Positions 11,501 through 21,336 of a DNA stretch of 64,000 nt are shown here, one piece after another. The translations under genes were made by a program, and so were the position numbers. The first letter of the stretch is position 1; each line of letters opens with the position of its first letter. The stretch is from Wickerhamiella versatilis (lineage: Eukaryota). The stretch covers positions 1,426,001-1,490,000 of the forward strand of contig JAQOWU010000008.1 in assembly GCA_030867685.1 (NCBI GenBank), read 5' to 3'. The notes beneath the pieces were generated by a model that saw only the letters and a program-made list of their open reading frames with translations, was not told where the DNA came from and did no database searches.

Positions 11501-13041
11501 GCTCGTCTTTTAGGTGATTCGCCAAGCGTTCTCATTTCACGTTCGGCACCTATGTAGAAGTTGGCAAACAATTCATACACGCCCTCAGCCAGTTGTGGGT
11601 AAGACCTTGCTATTGTCACCAGAAGTGGCTCAATTTGATAGACAAGAGACTGGAGGGAACCAAACAAGGATTCAGGCCAATGGTGGGATAGTATCAAGGA
11701 ATTTACCCCAAATATACGCACTATGAGCTCCACCCTGACTTCCTGAAAATGTGATCCTGTCACTGTAGCCAAGAAGTCACCCAAACCACGTGCATCCGGT
11801 AACTCACTACACGAAGTTGGGTTAACATCTGCGCCACGGGCAGCAAAATCCAGCATCTGCATGACCGGTTGTTCTGCGGAGAAATCAAGATTTGAGTCGA
11901 TAGATAGGAATTGATCAGCCTGCTGATCATCCCATTGTTCAAATGTCTCCCGGTGGAGACGGAACTGATTTTCAACTAGGTTCTCAAAACCCAGGTCCTT
12001 AATCGGAAGCAGGTCCAGGTACTGTTTCATTTGATCGAAAAAAGTGAAATCATGGAGAAAAAAGCCGCTAGGAAAGCTATCCTGTGCACGAAGCTGTCTA
12101 TTTCGAGGTTCCTCAGAGGTGGATCGTTCTTCCACATGTTCCGGATTAGGTGTGGGTTTTGGGGAATCTATCACCATTTCCGCTGGCTCCTCTTCAGCCT
12201 CGTGCTCTGTTTCAGCCTCGGAATCTGATACGTTACCAATAGGGACGGCTTCGCCATGTGGTGCTGTGAACACAACGCTGTACGCGCTTTTTTCGGCAAA
12301 CGAGTAAGGATCTATCCCGAGCCTTTTCTGACGACTCCCAACACCAAGTGATCGCAGGGCATCTTCCAGTCCATATATAACAGATGCCCAGGTCTTTGAA
12401 GTGATTTGAACCTCTAATTTTTCATTTTCAGAACAGGTTGATTTATTATCATACGGAAACCGGTCAAGCAGGGCATTGGGAATCTTTGCATTATCTTCAA
12501 TTCGCATAAGTAGAACTTTGTATGCATTAAGCAAATTATGACCACTTGGACCTATCAAATGTGCTGAGTTGGTGCTGCGCGACTTCTCGTATAATGATAA
12601 AACCCCATCGCTTCGACTCAACAGTTCCTCAAGACCCAGTCTTGCTATATGTTGCCAGCCCAAAGAGAGAGCTATCTGAGACAATGTAATAATTGTGGAT
12701 TCATCTTTGGAGTCGTCTAATTCAAGTGAAGAAACTAGCATGGGCACAACCTCTTTGAGATCACCACCATTTTCTGCTTCCAAAATGGCCCAATTTTTTA
12801 AGGCGACAGCTTTAAGCTTGCGACCAGCGGGTGGAGCATTCGACTCTGCAGCGCGTCTCATGACACCCATTTCAAATAAATCCTGATATCGGTTCCTTGC
12901 GTCATTGACATCGCCATTTCCCTGTAATTTCAGAATGAAACAGAAATCTTTAATAGCCTCTTCCAGCTGGTGCTCCAGAGTCAGCAACTCCTTCTCAGCT
13001 GCCAAATCAGTTTCATATGAATTGAGAGCCCGAAAGGGCAT
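8515..13041 (-). CDS. HIR3: HIR complex subunit Hir3 (CABIN1 ortholog)
   Basis: ~1500-aa helical/TPR protein with N-terminal FRALN...EHQLEEA, LHCCYG, RFESWFAL, WLHRPHYYLA and IWRTDLERPG. First ATG at 13041; neighbours match the S. cerevisiae HIR3 block. Confidence 0.9.
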   Translation of the reverse strand: MPFRALNSYETDLAAEKELLTLEHQLEEAIKDFCFILKLQGNGDVNDARNRYQDLFEMGVMRRAAESNAPPAGRKLKAVALKNWAILEAENGGDLKEVVPMLVSSLELDDSKDESTIITLSQIALSLGWQHIARLGLEELLSRSDGVLSLYEKSRSTNSAHLIGPSGHNLLNAYKVLLMRIEDNAKIPNALLDRFPYDNKSTCSENEKLEVQITSKTWASVIYGLEDALRSLGVGSRQKRLGIDPYSFAEKSAYSVVFTAPHGEAVPIGNVSDSEAETEHEAEEEPAEMVIDSPKPTPNPEHVEERSTSEEPRNRQLRAQDSFPSGFFLHDFTFFDQMKQYLDLLPIKDLGFENLVENQFRLHRETFEQWDDQQADQFLSIDSNLDFSAEQPVMQMLDFAARGADVNPTSCSELPDARGLGDFLATVTGSHFQEVRVELIVRIFGVNSLILSHHWPESLFGSLQSLVYQIEPLLVTIARSYPQLAEGVYELFANFYIGAEREMRTLGESPKRRAHALELLDSLNRWRVLSSDLLVDKLIVLRHAWVSALVDQMHELNPDISMQRFETILEHVDEFEIEFPNYAYLPTLSRTSCHTQISKFKAASVFSKIFESSEDNLHENTSLLEAILMPDQHPTDIPEHAAIAQFLNTASPQFRLNLWYLLLDRYESINEPLKTLEGLLEIMDTALDAPTISLNTLSVAHNVSRRLILLLTESRELVTFEVASKLLHQTLRLLPTLQAFLLFDSAVNDNVIQASQHPSWESAAVKFRELVIYWWTLFLIAYRELLPRDTTPDIWNDLLSIVHERLGVQGYCMLCDNILVKFHISELLKLSWHGSDLDMAQCLHCCYGFNLSAVVEGGTVVDHHTKAKTLTLEEAQKLLPFTLGLILGRRNVGTSLMRTDVRQVLTQFQEALGVPPKSNDLALRVSHTIEHEKLSSEFFKKAWQGYLVPTWGRSEQQNDLWFTLGWIQLTHFKSRARQTQAIKVEELQDAVKFFELDLGQVPLRFESWFALSQTYDLISEHVAVYEPDSITGQWSHHALVTAAYAVSCLRRPGKASLPERFSKSLVPGVWSHFGRLLWLSVTSPLNERPLDYFRPVLPWVASDNTTISESMPPRASRKLCLRLAICSLEHSLKFQSDWSVEWLLAKIGFALGLPPHDVLKQAIYSSVVRCDAGTDPMPEASQCIVTLSTFYYHEGKITSEEAKNYIQSVSFADGGDTVDETAIRALKKLVEKRKWLHRPHYYLAKIYEHQGDINSARLEMMNLVGPKSTKPLQIWRTDLERPGQRLVYMSEYVKYLADLMFRSKDDKGLLMLLRKFRRFPAMYDSKIVWEYICSRCVSLIRDVIGFLPRFSDREIFSLNSAEFDVLKRKIEVQLKELGQSESPIWQPWVLALHYALEIKRLNNGQGPPSAPDDLVICLYLRMLLEERKTFDSSPNQSQSSKRVLRRDVLLAAQQSMRPLQARLNKIEDLEIPMEIRGKGEPNTSNAESDSASQLQSDTQNYMQQAINQ

Positions 13042-13219
13042 CGTCGTTAAGTAAGCTGTCGAATATTGGAGAGAAAGTATAAAACCAGACAAAGCACGCT
13101 CAACAAAAATAGCTAGGTCCTTCTTTCAATATACTAAACCCCGTGACATTCAGTTGCTGACAAGAAACTGCGCATTGTGTTTGGTATTAGGTAGTTATTG
13201 AAAGTGAGAAAAAAAAAGT

Positions 13220-14131
13220 ATGCTCTTTCTTGCTGAATATCTTTCTCGCATAGCATCTATATCGGTAACATCTGATGCAGAAAATGTTCCAGTCGAATGG
13301 GATAGAAGTAGAATACGTGTGAATGATTGTGAATTTGCTCTTCCTGCGAAGGTTTTTCCGGGCAAAGCTAGACAAAAAGGATGCCTTTGCCTAAGAATAC
13401 CAGTTAAAGAGGAGCTGTCCGAAAATTTCACTCATAGTGCCTCAGACTGGAGTGCGAAAACGTTTTCTTCTTGTAGAGAAGTGCAATGTATAAAATGCGA
13501 TAAGGTGTTACTGAAAAATCCACTAAAATGGCACCAGAAACCATCCGAGTATTGGACAGAATTGATGGACCTATGGCACTGTCATAAGCCAACGCATGAC
13601 GAAATGCCTGCCGCTGAGAGTATGTATTCAAAACCTTTGAATCTGATACCTCAGCCTGGGCTTGTTTTAGTTGGAGAAACTTATATTCAACCACATTCTC
13701 AGGATATTGCAGCATGTAGGCACTGTTATAATACTGATAAAATTTGGATGTGTGATATCAAGACTGACGATGGAAGAACAATGAGCCCAGAGGTACTTAT
13801 CTCTTCTATATTAATGGGGCTTGTTGATTCTCATGCCATCTACTCCTTTTTTCTTAATTCCAGACTACTTATTTGGATATTTAACGCAGATATCCGTTAT
13901 ACAACTTCTTCAATTGCCGGTCGAGGACTAAAGATTCTCTTCGCTGATGATCGAAGCAAAATTCATGACTTACGTCAAACTCGGTCAGAAATTGAAGATA
14001 TAGATCTTCCAGAGGAGATTTTTCAGAAATTACTGGCTAGATTACAAGAAAGTTTTGTAGAACTCCCGAAACTTTCACAATGGCTTGGGCAATGGAAAGT
14101 TGGCTTTCTCTCTTATGAAACTCTCTTATGA
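13220..14131 (+). CDS. IPA1: HECT_2 / UBE3D-like protein Ipa1
   Basis: N-terminal FLAEYL, CxxC pairs and the PSEYWTELMDLWHCH signature; divergent from HIR3 as in S. cerevisiae. Confidence 0.85.
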   Translation: MLFLAEYLSRIASISVTSDAENVPVEWDRSRIRVNDCEFALPAKVFPGKARQKGCLCLRIPVKEELSENFTHSASDWSAKTFSSCREVQCIKCDKVLLKNPLKWHQKPSEYWTELMDLWHCHKPTHDEMPAAESMYSKPLNLIPQPGLVLVGETYIQPHSQDIAACRHCYNTDKIWMCDIKTDDGRTMSPEVLISSILMGLVDSHAIYSFFLNSRLLIWIFNADIRYTTSSIAGRGLKILFADDRSKIHDLRQTRSEIEDIDLPEEIFQKLLARLQESFVELPKLSQWLGQWKVGFLSYETLL

Positions 14132-14147
14132 TAATATTATCTAATCT

Positions 14148-14154
14148 TGACTCA
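14148..14154 (+). promoter_or_regulatory. Gcn4/AP-1-type site TGACTCA upstream of HOM6
   Basis: Exact TGACTCA in the 32-bp spacer ahead of an amino-acid biosynthesis gene. Confidence 0.4.
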
Positions 14155-14163
14155 TAGACGACA

Positions 14164-15207
14164 ATGGTAGTTTCAGTTGGTATTGTTGGTACAGGCTTGG
14201 TAGGCTCTGCTTTCATCAAGCAGCTTGCTCCTCTTGTAGAGGACTTGGGTGTTAAGGTAATTTTGATTGCTCGTATATCCGGGTTTTCAAAAAATGTTGA
14301 TGGCTTGGATCTTACCCAGGTGAATAGTTTGCCCCAAGAACCACATACCCTATCACCAAAAGAAATAGCACAATACTTGTCTGAGCATGCCCCTTCAGTG
14401 GTAGTTGATAATACCGCAAGCGAGAGTCTTGCAGAGGCATACCCCGAGTTCATCAACCGGAATGTTTCTATTGTTACACCCAACAAGAAAGGCTTTTCCG
14501 GTAGTTTAGATCTTTGGAAGAAAATATTCAATCCGGAATCGAAGTCTTTGGTTTACCACGAAGCCACAGTGGGTGCTGGTCTGCCCATCATCGGCCCCTT
14601 GAAAGACCTGACGTATACAGGCGACAAAGTGAAAAAGATCGAAGGTATTCTCAGTGGTACCCTATCCTACATTTTCAATGAATTCAGCACCTCGAATTCG
14701 TCCTTCAGTGATATCGTTGCACAAGCAAAAAGCCTGGGTTACACGGAACCGGATCCTCGCGACGATCTTAACGGAATGGACGTGGCACGCAAAATCACGA
14801 TTCTTGCCAGGCTTGCAGGAGCACAAGTTTCAAGTCCGACCTCATTTGAGGTAGAGTCACTGATTCCAGCTGAACTTAAAAATGTTTCGTCGGCAGACGA
14901 ATTCTTGCAAAAGCTTCCATCGTTTGACGAGAATATCGCAAAACGTAAAGCAGATGCTGCAGCGCAGGGTAAAGTACTGCGGTTTGTAGCGAAGGTTGAG
15001 TTCCCCAGTGGTAAGCCATCCGTTGGTATTGAAGCTTATGACAATAGTCATCCTTTTGCTTCGTTGAAAGGCTCCGATAACACTGTAGCCTTCACGACTG
15101 AGCGCTACCCCAGTCCTTTGATCATTCAGGGTGCTGGTGCTGGTGCAGAAGTTACGGCTATGGGCGTGCTTGGGGATTTCATGAAGGTGGTTCAACGTCT
15201 CTCTTAA
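14164..15207 (+). CDS. HOM6: Homoserine dehydrogenase
   Basis: Rossmann GTGLVG, VTPNKK, EATVGAGLP, GYTEPDPRDDLNGMDVARK, GAGAG. Confidence 0.97.
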   Translation: MVVSVGIVGTGLVGSAFIKQLAPLVEDLGVKVILIARISGFSKNVDGLDLTQVNSLPQEPHTLSPKEIAQYLSEHAPSVVVDNTASESLAEAYPEFINRNVSIVTPNKKGFSGSLDLWKKIFNPESKSLVYHEATVGAGLPIIGPLKDLTYTGDKVKKIEGILSGTLSYIFNEFSTSNSSFSDIVAQAKSLGYTEPDPRDDLNGMDVARKITILARLAGAQVSSPTSFEVESLIPAELKNVSSADEFLQKLPSFDENIAKRKADAAAQGKVLRFVAKVEFPSGKPSVGIEAYDNSHPFASLKGSDNTVAFTTERYPSPLIIQGAGAGAEVTAMGVLGDFMKVVQRLS

Positions 15208-15439
15208 GAACAGTACATAAACTAGTCAAATGGGTGTTTAATTGACTTTAGCTGTCAATATTTTTTCTTGTTTGAAATATGCAATTCAGATGTGACAATT
15301 TACCTAGTTGTTGTCATGGTTGTGCACATTCATACATTCATGTCTTGCATAAGTAAAATAGTAACAATTTAATTATAACCGTTCAGTCATGAGTTCATTT
15401 AACAAACAATCTAATCGTAATAGCAACATAAATAATATT

Positions 15440-18400
15440 CTAGGACCTCTTTTTTCGCAAGGCTGCCTCAAACATATTCTCAGTAAATTTCTTATCTTGA
15501 CAGAGAGCCTTTAACTCATCAATTATTTTATCGGCCTCACTCACAGCAGCAGCACTTGGATTGAGCATGCTAAGCCTGGAAAAGTAAAGTATATTGATAG
15601 CCATACATATACTACCATCTTCCATTACTTGAGCGAGAACGGTTCCACTGTTGTGAATATACTGAAGATTTTCAATAGGCCCCCAAGAATAACCTATGCC
15701 AATATTGGATGACTCCACTTCGTCAATATCGCATACGAATCCATTTGTAACCAAAAAATAATGTTGAACGCTATATTTACTCTCCATAACTGGTGGTGGA
15801 TAGCAAAATTCAAGTCTTTGCACGCTTCGGAAGGGTGACTTGCCTAGCGATCGACTGACTTCAGCCACAGATATTTGAACCATTTTCAAACCGTAGCCTT
15901 GTGCAATACGGCCAAGTCCCGTGAACATTTCGTCAACCAAGCGAGGCGTAGCATTAAGCCATTCAACATGGAAATGAAACGCGTGCTTAGGATTATGAAC
16001 TCGGTCAATGTGCACATTTATATGCTCTTGACGCTCGCTTAGATTCTTTGGATCGACATCAATACGCACAGATTCAGAGAGTAATATTTTGCCGCGACTT
16101 TGTCTATCATCTTGAGATTTTCGGTTTGGTGTGTTTGCCGGATTAGAGTCATAAGGGGATAGCAAAGTGTAAAAATAGTGCCCATTCATAAATTCATGCC
16201 TACGCTCAACATGGCTGAAAAGTTCCATTTTTTCCAAGTGTCTTGCATAGTCCACTGCTTCTTCATAATTATTGATGTCTCGGAACGTACGTACAAGCCA
16301 GGTAGCAAAGTCATGACCCAAGAATGCTTGATGAAAAACTTTCCAGTGCCATCTTCTGTCTCGAAAGGGCACACCCATCCTTCCTTTCATTTCTTTTGCA
16401 AGATCAGACAGGGATATATCACGCGAAAGCCGGTCATTCTGTAGACTGACTGCAGAAGAATTACCACTTTCAAGTAGTTCATCAACAGCTCGAGAAAGGC
16501 TCCCTGTATAGAAATGTACTGGAAAGTTTTGCGCTTTCTCTGGGGGATACTTGTTCTTTAGGAGTACCTGAACTACTCGAGAGATTCCTTCAACTCGCAA
16601 TTCTTCAGGCGTCAGTCCTTGTATTTGTATTTCGCGATCACCCTCAACAGGAATTAATACGTATCTTGTCTTAACAAGATTATTAGGGTTGTCCAAGGGA
16701 TCTTCAGAACCTGCCAATTGTTGATCTAATTGACTCCAGTTCAGATGACTGAGCCATCGCATATCGACAAATTTCGCATCGATCGGTCTGTATGTTTCAT
16801 CATATTTCGCTTTGACAAAAATGTTTTGTGAGGGATTAACTTGTTGCCTTGCTAAGGATTGATCTGGATCAACCCAAGTGTACAACTGCACGTTAATCGT
16901 GTTATCATAATCAAGTGCTATACGGTGTATAAGTCCCATACGAGTCAGATACAAGCGTAGTCCCAGAGGAGCGTTAGAATTTTCTGGCACCGTTTGACTT
17001 ATCATTCCTGGATTACCACGTGGCATAGTCGCTTCAACTCTCTGAACCGCGCTTCCTACTGCAATTTGAAAACCCAGTTGAAGACGAAAGCCCAGCATCT
17101 CTTCAATGAGTTCACCTGCAGTCATTTCATCAGTGTCAACAGCAATATCATAAAACTGGAACTTATAATTTTGACGAAACTCCTCGACTGTAGGGAAACT
17201 TTGGCTTGTAAGCGGTAGGCTGGCAGGTGACTTAAGTGATCTCCAGTTCACGCTACTCTGACGCTTTCCAGGCGGGTATACATTTGCCCAGCGCCCATAT
17301 GCTGTAAGACGCGATGGGTCATCAATCACAGACGGATTTCGCAGTATACGCCACATGTTACGATGGCCATTCTTGATTGCTGAAGATTTCTCAGATGCTT
17401 GAGACTTTTGGACTTTTTGTGCTTTTGTTATTGATACTGCTGAAGATTTTGCTTGATCAGTAGGAATTCTCGGCGTTGGTTCAAATATAGCAGAGCTGGA
17501 TGGTTTCATACGAGACATAGATGTTAACTGGGATACCCGCGTGCTAGGTGTGAGGCCGTTGAGGGATGGCATACTTCTACGGACGGGAATTGGCACAGAT
17601 GAGCCCGAGCTATGTGATTGATGCCGTGATTGCTGCTGTGTCTGCAACGGCGTCAAAACAGCATCTAAATCATCACCAAAAGCCGGAGATTGCTGTACGA
17701 AAGGTGTAAGCTGAGGAGATGACTCTGATGAAGAAACATGGCTCCTATTCCCAGCAAGAAGGGCACCCAAAGATGCACGAGCACTCATGTCTGTCTTAGA
17801 TCCGGGGAATCGAGATGCTGCTACAACTTTAGATGACGAGGCGCTTGATACAGCAGAAGACTGTCGCATCGCTGTATCCTTGGGTTTCAGCAAATTCGTC
17901 AATTTAGGATGTCTAGAAGCTTCTTCCACTTGACGTTGTAATTGCATCATTTCGACTGACTTGAAGACATTAGCATCATATGTACGCATGAATCGTTGCG
18001 AAAGACGCCCACTGTGTGTGGTTAATCCACGAATACTTATCATTTTTGCATCGTCATCTATGAGTCCCATCATTTGGATATCGTAAATTTTTGCCCTGGG
18101 AATCCATTCTTTTATGTATCTATCGGGTGTCCCCCAATAGCTCATATTAATCCAAGTGGGCACACAGTGAATTAGTTCCCCATCACTATTCGTAGATCGA
18201 AAGAGGGGTGTAAGATGAAGAGGCGGCCTTGCTAGACAGACAATTTCCGCACCTATTTCAACACTTAATAAAGTCTTCGATAACTGATAAAGTTGAGCTA
18301 AATTGACATCAAACAAGCCAGATCCTGGGGTCGCAACTACTATCTGGGTAGTCGTGCGACAGAGGTCCTTGTCTACAAATTTCGAAGTATTCAAAGTAGT

Positions 18401-19429
18401 AGCTAATGAGAATGCCTCTAGTATGTTACCCTTTGTGGAGGGCAGAATTGATCCCCTTAACTTTCCATTTTCATCATCTACCAGAACTTCGCGATTGAAA
18501 GTGGCAAACTCCTGCCGCAATGTACGCATAATATCTGTCCATTGCGAAATATGCATTTGGTCAACAACGACCCTATAGAAATTGCAACATTGAGTTTCAA
18601 GCTCACCTGCAACTAGTCTCGATCCACTATCACTGGTTCCAACGCTGGTAAATAAAATAATACTCACAAGATGATGGTCCCCATTACGACGCCATCGGTA
18701 CAACATTTCAGGGAAGAAGCTATTAACAAGTCGATGAAACATTATGTCTCCTGTTTCATCAAAGTTCCACATTTCTGAAGCCATTTGGATAAGAAGAATT
18801 AGGCGAGAGCTGTCGCTCCGAAATACAACACGCGTCTGGGGACCAACATAACCGCTGAAAACTTTGCGACCTTTCCGATACAGAACCTCAGTGGTGAAGC
18901 GTAAAAGCCCTCCAAGTCGGGTTAAACGTTCAGATGCATATAAGCAGGAATGTGTGAGGCCCTTAGCAACACGATATTCGTCAAACCGCGTCAAAAAAGT
19001 ACCTTTGAAATGAAGTTCAACAACATCTAATTGGACAGCAGCCTTTGAAACAAGACGCACATTTACTGTAGACCGCGAATAGATGCCTAGCAATGACAAA
19101 ATAGTGGTAGAAACGCTGATTTGTACATTACTTGATGTACCTAAATCTTCGACGAGAAAATATAGATTTTTTCGCTTTCCATCAGGATCTATGCACCAAA
19201 GTTCCGCCACAGAGCCCTCAATTGCTCCTGGGAGCTGAGTGATATCGATCAATACCGGCTTTCCATTGTATGTGTTAGGCTCATGTCCTCGCATTGTGAG
19301 CGACACATTCTTGTACTCTATCTGTTGATCCGGCTCAGATATTTCAGATATAGTCAATATTTTATCATTAGACGACTTCCCTGGCGGTTCCTTTACATTA
19401 TTACCACTCGGACCTTGCCATCGAATCAT
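15440..19429 (-). CDS. IML1: SEACIT/GATOR1 subunit Iml1 (DEPDC5)
   Basis: IQMASEMWNFD, KGNILEA, WRSLKSPASLPLT, a DEP domain (RRWHWK...FLGHDFATWL...GHYFY) and HIDRVHNP. Confidence 0.93.
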   Translation of the reverse strand: MIRWQGPSGNNVKEPPGKSSNDKILTISEISEPDQQIEYKNVSLTMRGHEPNTYNGKPVLIDITQLPGAIEGSVAELWCIDPDGKRKNLYFLVEDLGTSSNVQISVSTTILSLLGIYSRSTVNVRLVSKAAVQLDVVELHFKGTFLTRFDEYRVAKGLTHSCLYASERLTRLGGLLRFTTEVLYRKGRKVFSGYVGPQTRVVFRSDSSRLILLIQMASEMWNFDETGDIMFHRLVNSFFPEMLYRWRRNGDHHLVSIILFTSVGTSDSGSRLVAGELETQCCNFYRVVVDQMHISQWTDIMRTLRQEFATFNREVLVDDENGKLRGSILPSTKGNILEAFSLATTLNTSKFVDKDLCRTTTQIVVATPGSGLFDVNLAQLYQLSKTLLSVEIGAEIVCLARPPLHLTPLFRSTNSDGELIHCVPTWINMSYWGTPDRYIKEWIPRAKIYDIQMMGLIDDDAKMISIRGLTTHSGRLSQRFMRTYDANVFKSVEMMQLQRQVEEASRHPKLTNLLKPKDTAMRQSSAVSSASSSKVVAASRFPGSKTDMSARASLGALLAGNRSHVSSSESSPQLTPFVQQSPAFGDDLDAVLTPLQTQQQSRHQSHSSGSSVPIPVRRSMPSLNGLTPSTRVSQLTSMSRMKPSSSAIFEPTPRIPTDQAKSSAVSITKAQKVQKSQASEKSSAIKNGHRNMWRILRNPSVIDDPSRLTAYGRWANVYPPGKRQSSVNWRSLKSPASLPLTSQSFPTVEEFRQNYKFQFYDIAVDTDEMTAGELIEEMLGFRLQLGFQIAVGSAVQRVEATMPRGNPGMISQTVPENSNAPLGLRLYLTRMGLIHRIALDYDNTINVQLYTWVDPDQSLARQQVNPSQNIFVKAKYDETYRPIDAKFVDMRWLSHLNWSQLDQQLAGSEDPLDNPNNLVKTRYVLIPVEGDREIQIQGLTPEELRVEGISRVVQVLLKNKYPPEKAQNFPVHFYTGSLSRAVDELLESGNSSAVSLQNDRLSRDISLSDLAKEMKGRMGVPFRDRRWHWKVFHQAFLGHDFATWLVRTFRDINNYEEAVDYARHLEKMELFSHVERRHEFMNGHYFYTLLSPYDSNPANTPNRKSQDDRQSRGKILLSESVRIDVDPKNLSERQEHINVHIDRVHNPKHAFHFHVEWLNATPRLVDEMFTGLGRIAQGYGLKMVQISVAEVSRSLGKSPFRSVQRLEFCYPPPVMESKYSVQHYFLVTNGFVCDIDEVESSNIGIGYSWGPIENLQYIHNSGTVLAQVMEDGSICMAINILYFSRLSMLNPSAAAVSEADKIIDELKALCQDKKFTENMFEAALRKKRS

Positions 19430-19622
19430 GATTAGTAGTACTCCCTAGCGTAGCCTCTATGCCAAGTTCTTCAAGAATGAAGCACCGTACAAACCACTAG
19501 CAATGGGGTATTCGTTTTAAGTTGATTTAGGCATCCTTGCTCTAGAATAGTGGGGATCTAATTCAGCACACCTATATAACTCAGACACTCCTCATTGGCA
19601 ATGTAAAAACATCTTCGTAAGG

Positions 19623-21083
19623 TCAATTCTGTAAGTTCTGAGAAGAGTAGTCTGCAATCAGAAAAGCAGCATCTAACGCCTGTTCCACGCTTAAGCGTGG
19701 ATCACAGACCGTGTCATATCGAATAGTTAACTCTTCATCCTCAAGATTCTGTGACCCGCCAATGCATTCTGTTACGGGATCGCCAGTAAGCTCTAAGTGA
19801 ACCCCATTAAGTGCTGAATTACACTCCTTGTGAATCGAGAGGGCTGACTTCAATTCATTTATAATATCATCAAAATAACGAGTCTTCAACTTGGTGACTG
19901 GCGACGTCTTGGTATTGCCATGACAAGGGTCGCTCACCCACACTACACGGTGACCTGAGCTTTGTACAGCCCGAATTTGCGGTGGTAATTTGCTGGCAAT
20001 CTTATCAACGCCGTAGCGAGTAATTAGCGTGACGCGCCCTTCGACCTTTTCTGGGTCAACGATATCCAAAAGTCGAACAAGCTCATCAGTATCCATGGAT
20101 GGACCCACCTTAATACCAATCGGATTTGCCAGACCACGGAAAAATTCTACATGTGCACCATCAATTTGGCGCGTGCGATCTCCAATCCAAATGAAGTGCG
20201 CAGATGTGTCATAAAACTTTCCATCACTGTGGGGCCGGGTAAGGCTTTGCTCATATTCTAACATCAAAGCCTCATGACTGGTAAAAAAGTCAACGCCACT
20301 CACTACTTGTGAGCCATGTTCGCCAACTGTGTTCATGAAGCTAAGTCCATCAGAAATACGATTTACTATCGTCTCGTAACGCTCACGGGTACTGTCATGA
20401 TGGACATGGCTAAAATCCCACTTCTGCGGGTTGTGCAGGTTGGCAAATCCTGCATTTAAGGTTGCCCGAACATAATTAAGTGTCGCAGCACTATGAAAAT
20501 ATGCATCAACAAGGCGTTGTGGATCAGGAGTACGATTCGTTGCCTCAAAGCCGTTGACGTTGTCACCGCGAAAACTCAATACTTCACCAATCCCCTCGAC
20601 AACTTCTGTCTGTTTAGAGCGTGGCTTTGCGTATTGACCTGCCAAACGGCCTATGCGCAGAATGGGCTTTTTCATTCCCCAAACTAGAACCAAAGACATT
20701 TGTAGAATTACCTTGAGCTTGGCCTCAATCTGATCCTGATTGCAATAAGCGAAGAGCTCTGCACAGTCCCCGCCTTGAAGAACGAATCTTTCACCCCTGC
20801 TAGCCTCAGACAGTTGTGCCTGGAGCTTCTGGATTTCATAGGGATGAACTAGTGGGGGAAGAATCTCTAGTTTTGTGAGTGCATTCTCCAACCCAATAGT
20901 GTCTTCATAGATCACATCTTGAGTCACCGGCTTTGTTTGCCAAGATGCCGGATCCCAGTCATCGAATTTGGGTCTCTCAGTGAGTTCATTGGATTTAGAT
21001 CTCACAATAGCAGTACTTTTCGCACTTTCTGATGGTACTGTCTGGGGCGGATCCTGAAGAATTACTCGATGCCGATGATTCAT
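19623..21083 (-). CDS. Class II (plant/AroA-II type) DAHP synthase
   Basis: LQGGDCAELF, GRLAGQYAKPRS, FRGDNVNG, WIGDRTRQ, PIGIKVGP, DPCHGNT, GVHLELTG and CDPRL are class II signatures. Confidence 0.95.
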   Translation of the reverse strand: MNHRHRVILQDPPQTVPSESAKSTAIVRSKSNELTERPKFDDWDPASWQTKPVTQDVIYEDTIGLENALTKLEILPPLVHPYEIQKLQAQLSEASRGERFVLQGGDCAELFAYCNQDQIEAKLKVILQMSLVLVWGMKKPILRIGRLAGQYAKPRSKQTEVVEGIGEVLSFRGDNVNGFEATNRTPDPQRLVDAYFHSAATLNYVRATLNAGFANLHNPQKWDFSHVHHDSTRERYETIVNRISDGLSFMNTVGEHGSQVVSGVDFFTSHEALMLEYEQSLTRPHSDGKFYDTSAHFIWIGDRTRQIDGAHVEFFRGLANPIGIKVGPSMDTDELVRLLDIVDPEKVEGRVTLITRYGVDKIASKLPPQIRAVQSSGHRVVWVSDPCHGNTKTSPVTKLKTRYFDDIINELKSALSIHKECNSALNGVHLELTGDPVTECIGGSQNLEDEELTIRYDTVCDPRLSVEQALDAAFLIADYSSQNLQN

Positions 21084-21336
21084 TTACCTAAGTCACGTGG
21101 AACACGAGGAACTAGAATTAGGCGCAGACGTCAAATATGAACAAGAATCACAAAATCCCAGTTCTGGTCGTATATCATATGACAAAGCAGTCGTTGACTC
21201 CAGCCAATAATATCAAATCAATTAAACAGCGAATCATACTACTGTAAATAGCGTTTTATCAAAACGATTAAGGGTAGGGGCAGAATTCATTCGCTATATA
21301 TATACAGTTTAGATAGGATGAAAGTGCCATTGAATT

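Noticed and set aside
21200-21235. Ace1/Cup2 copper-response elements upstream of the metallothionein
   Set aside because: Only GCTG cores on the minus strand; flanks do not fit the consensus well enough to call.
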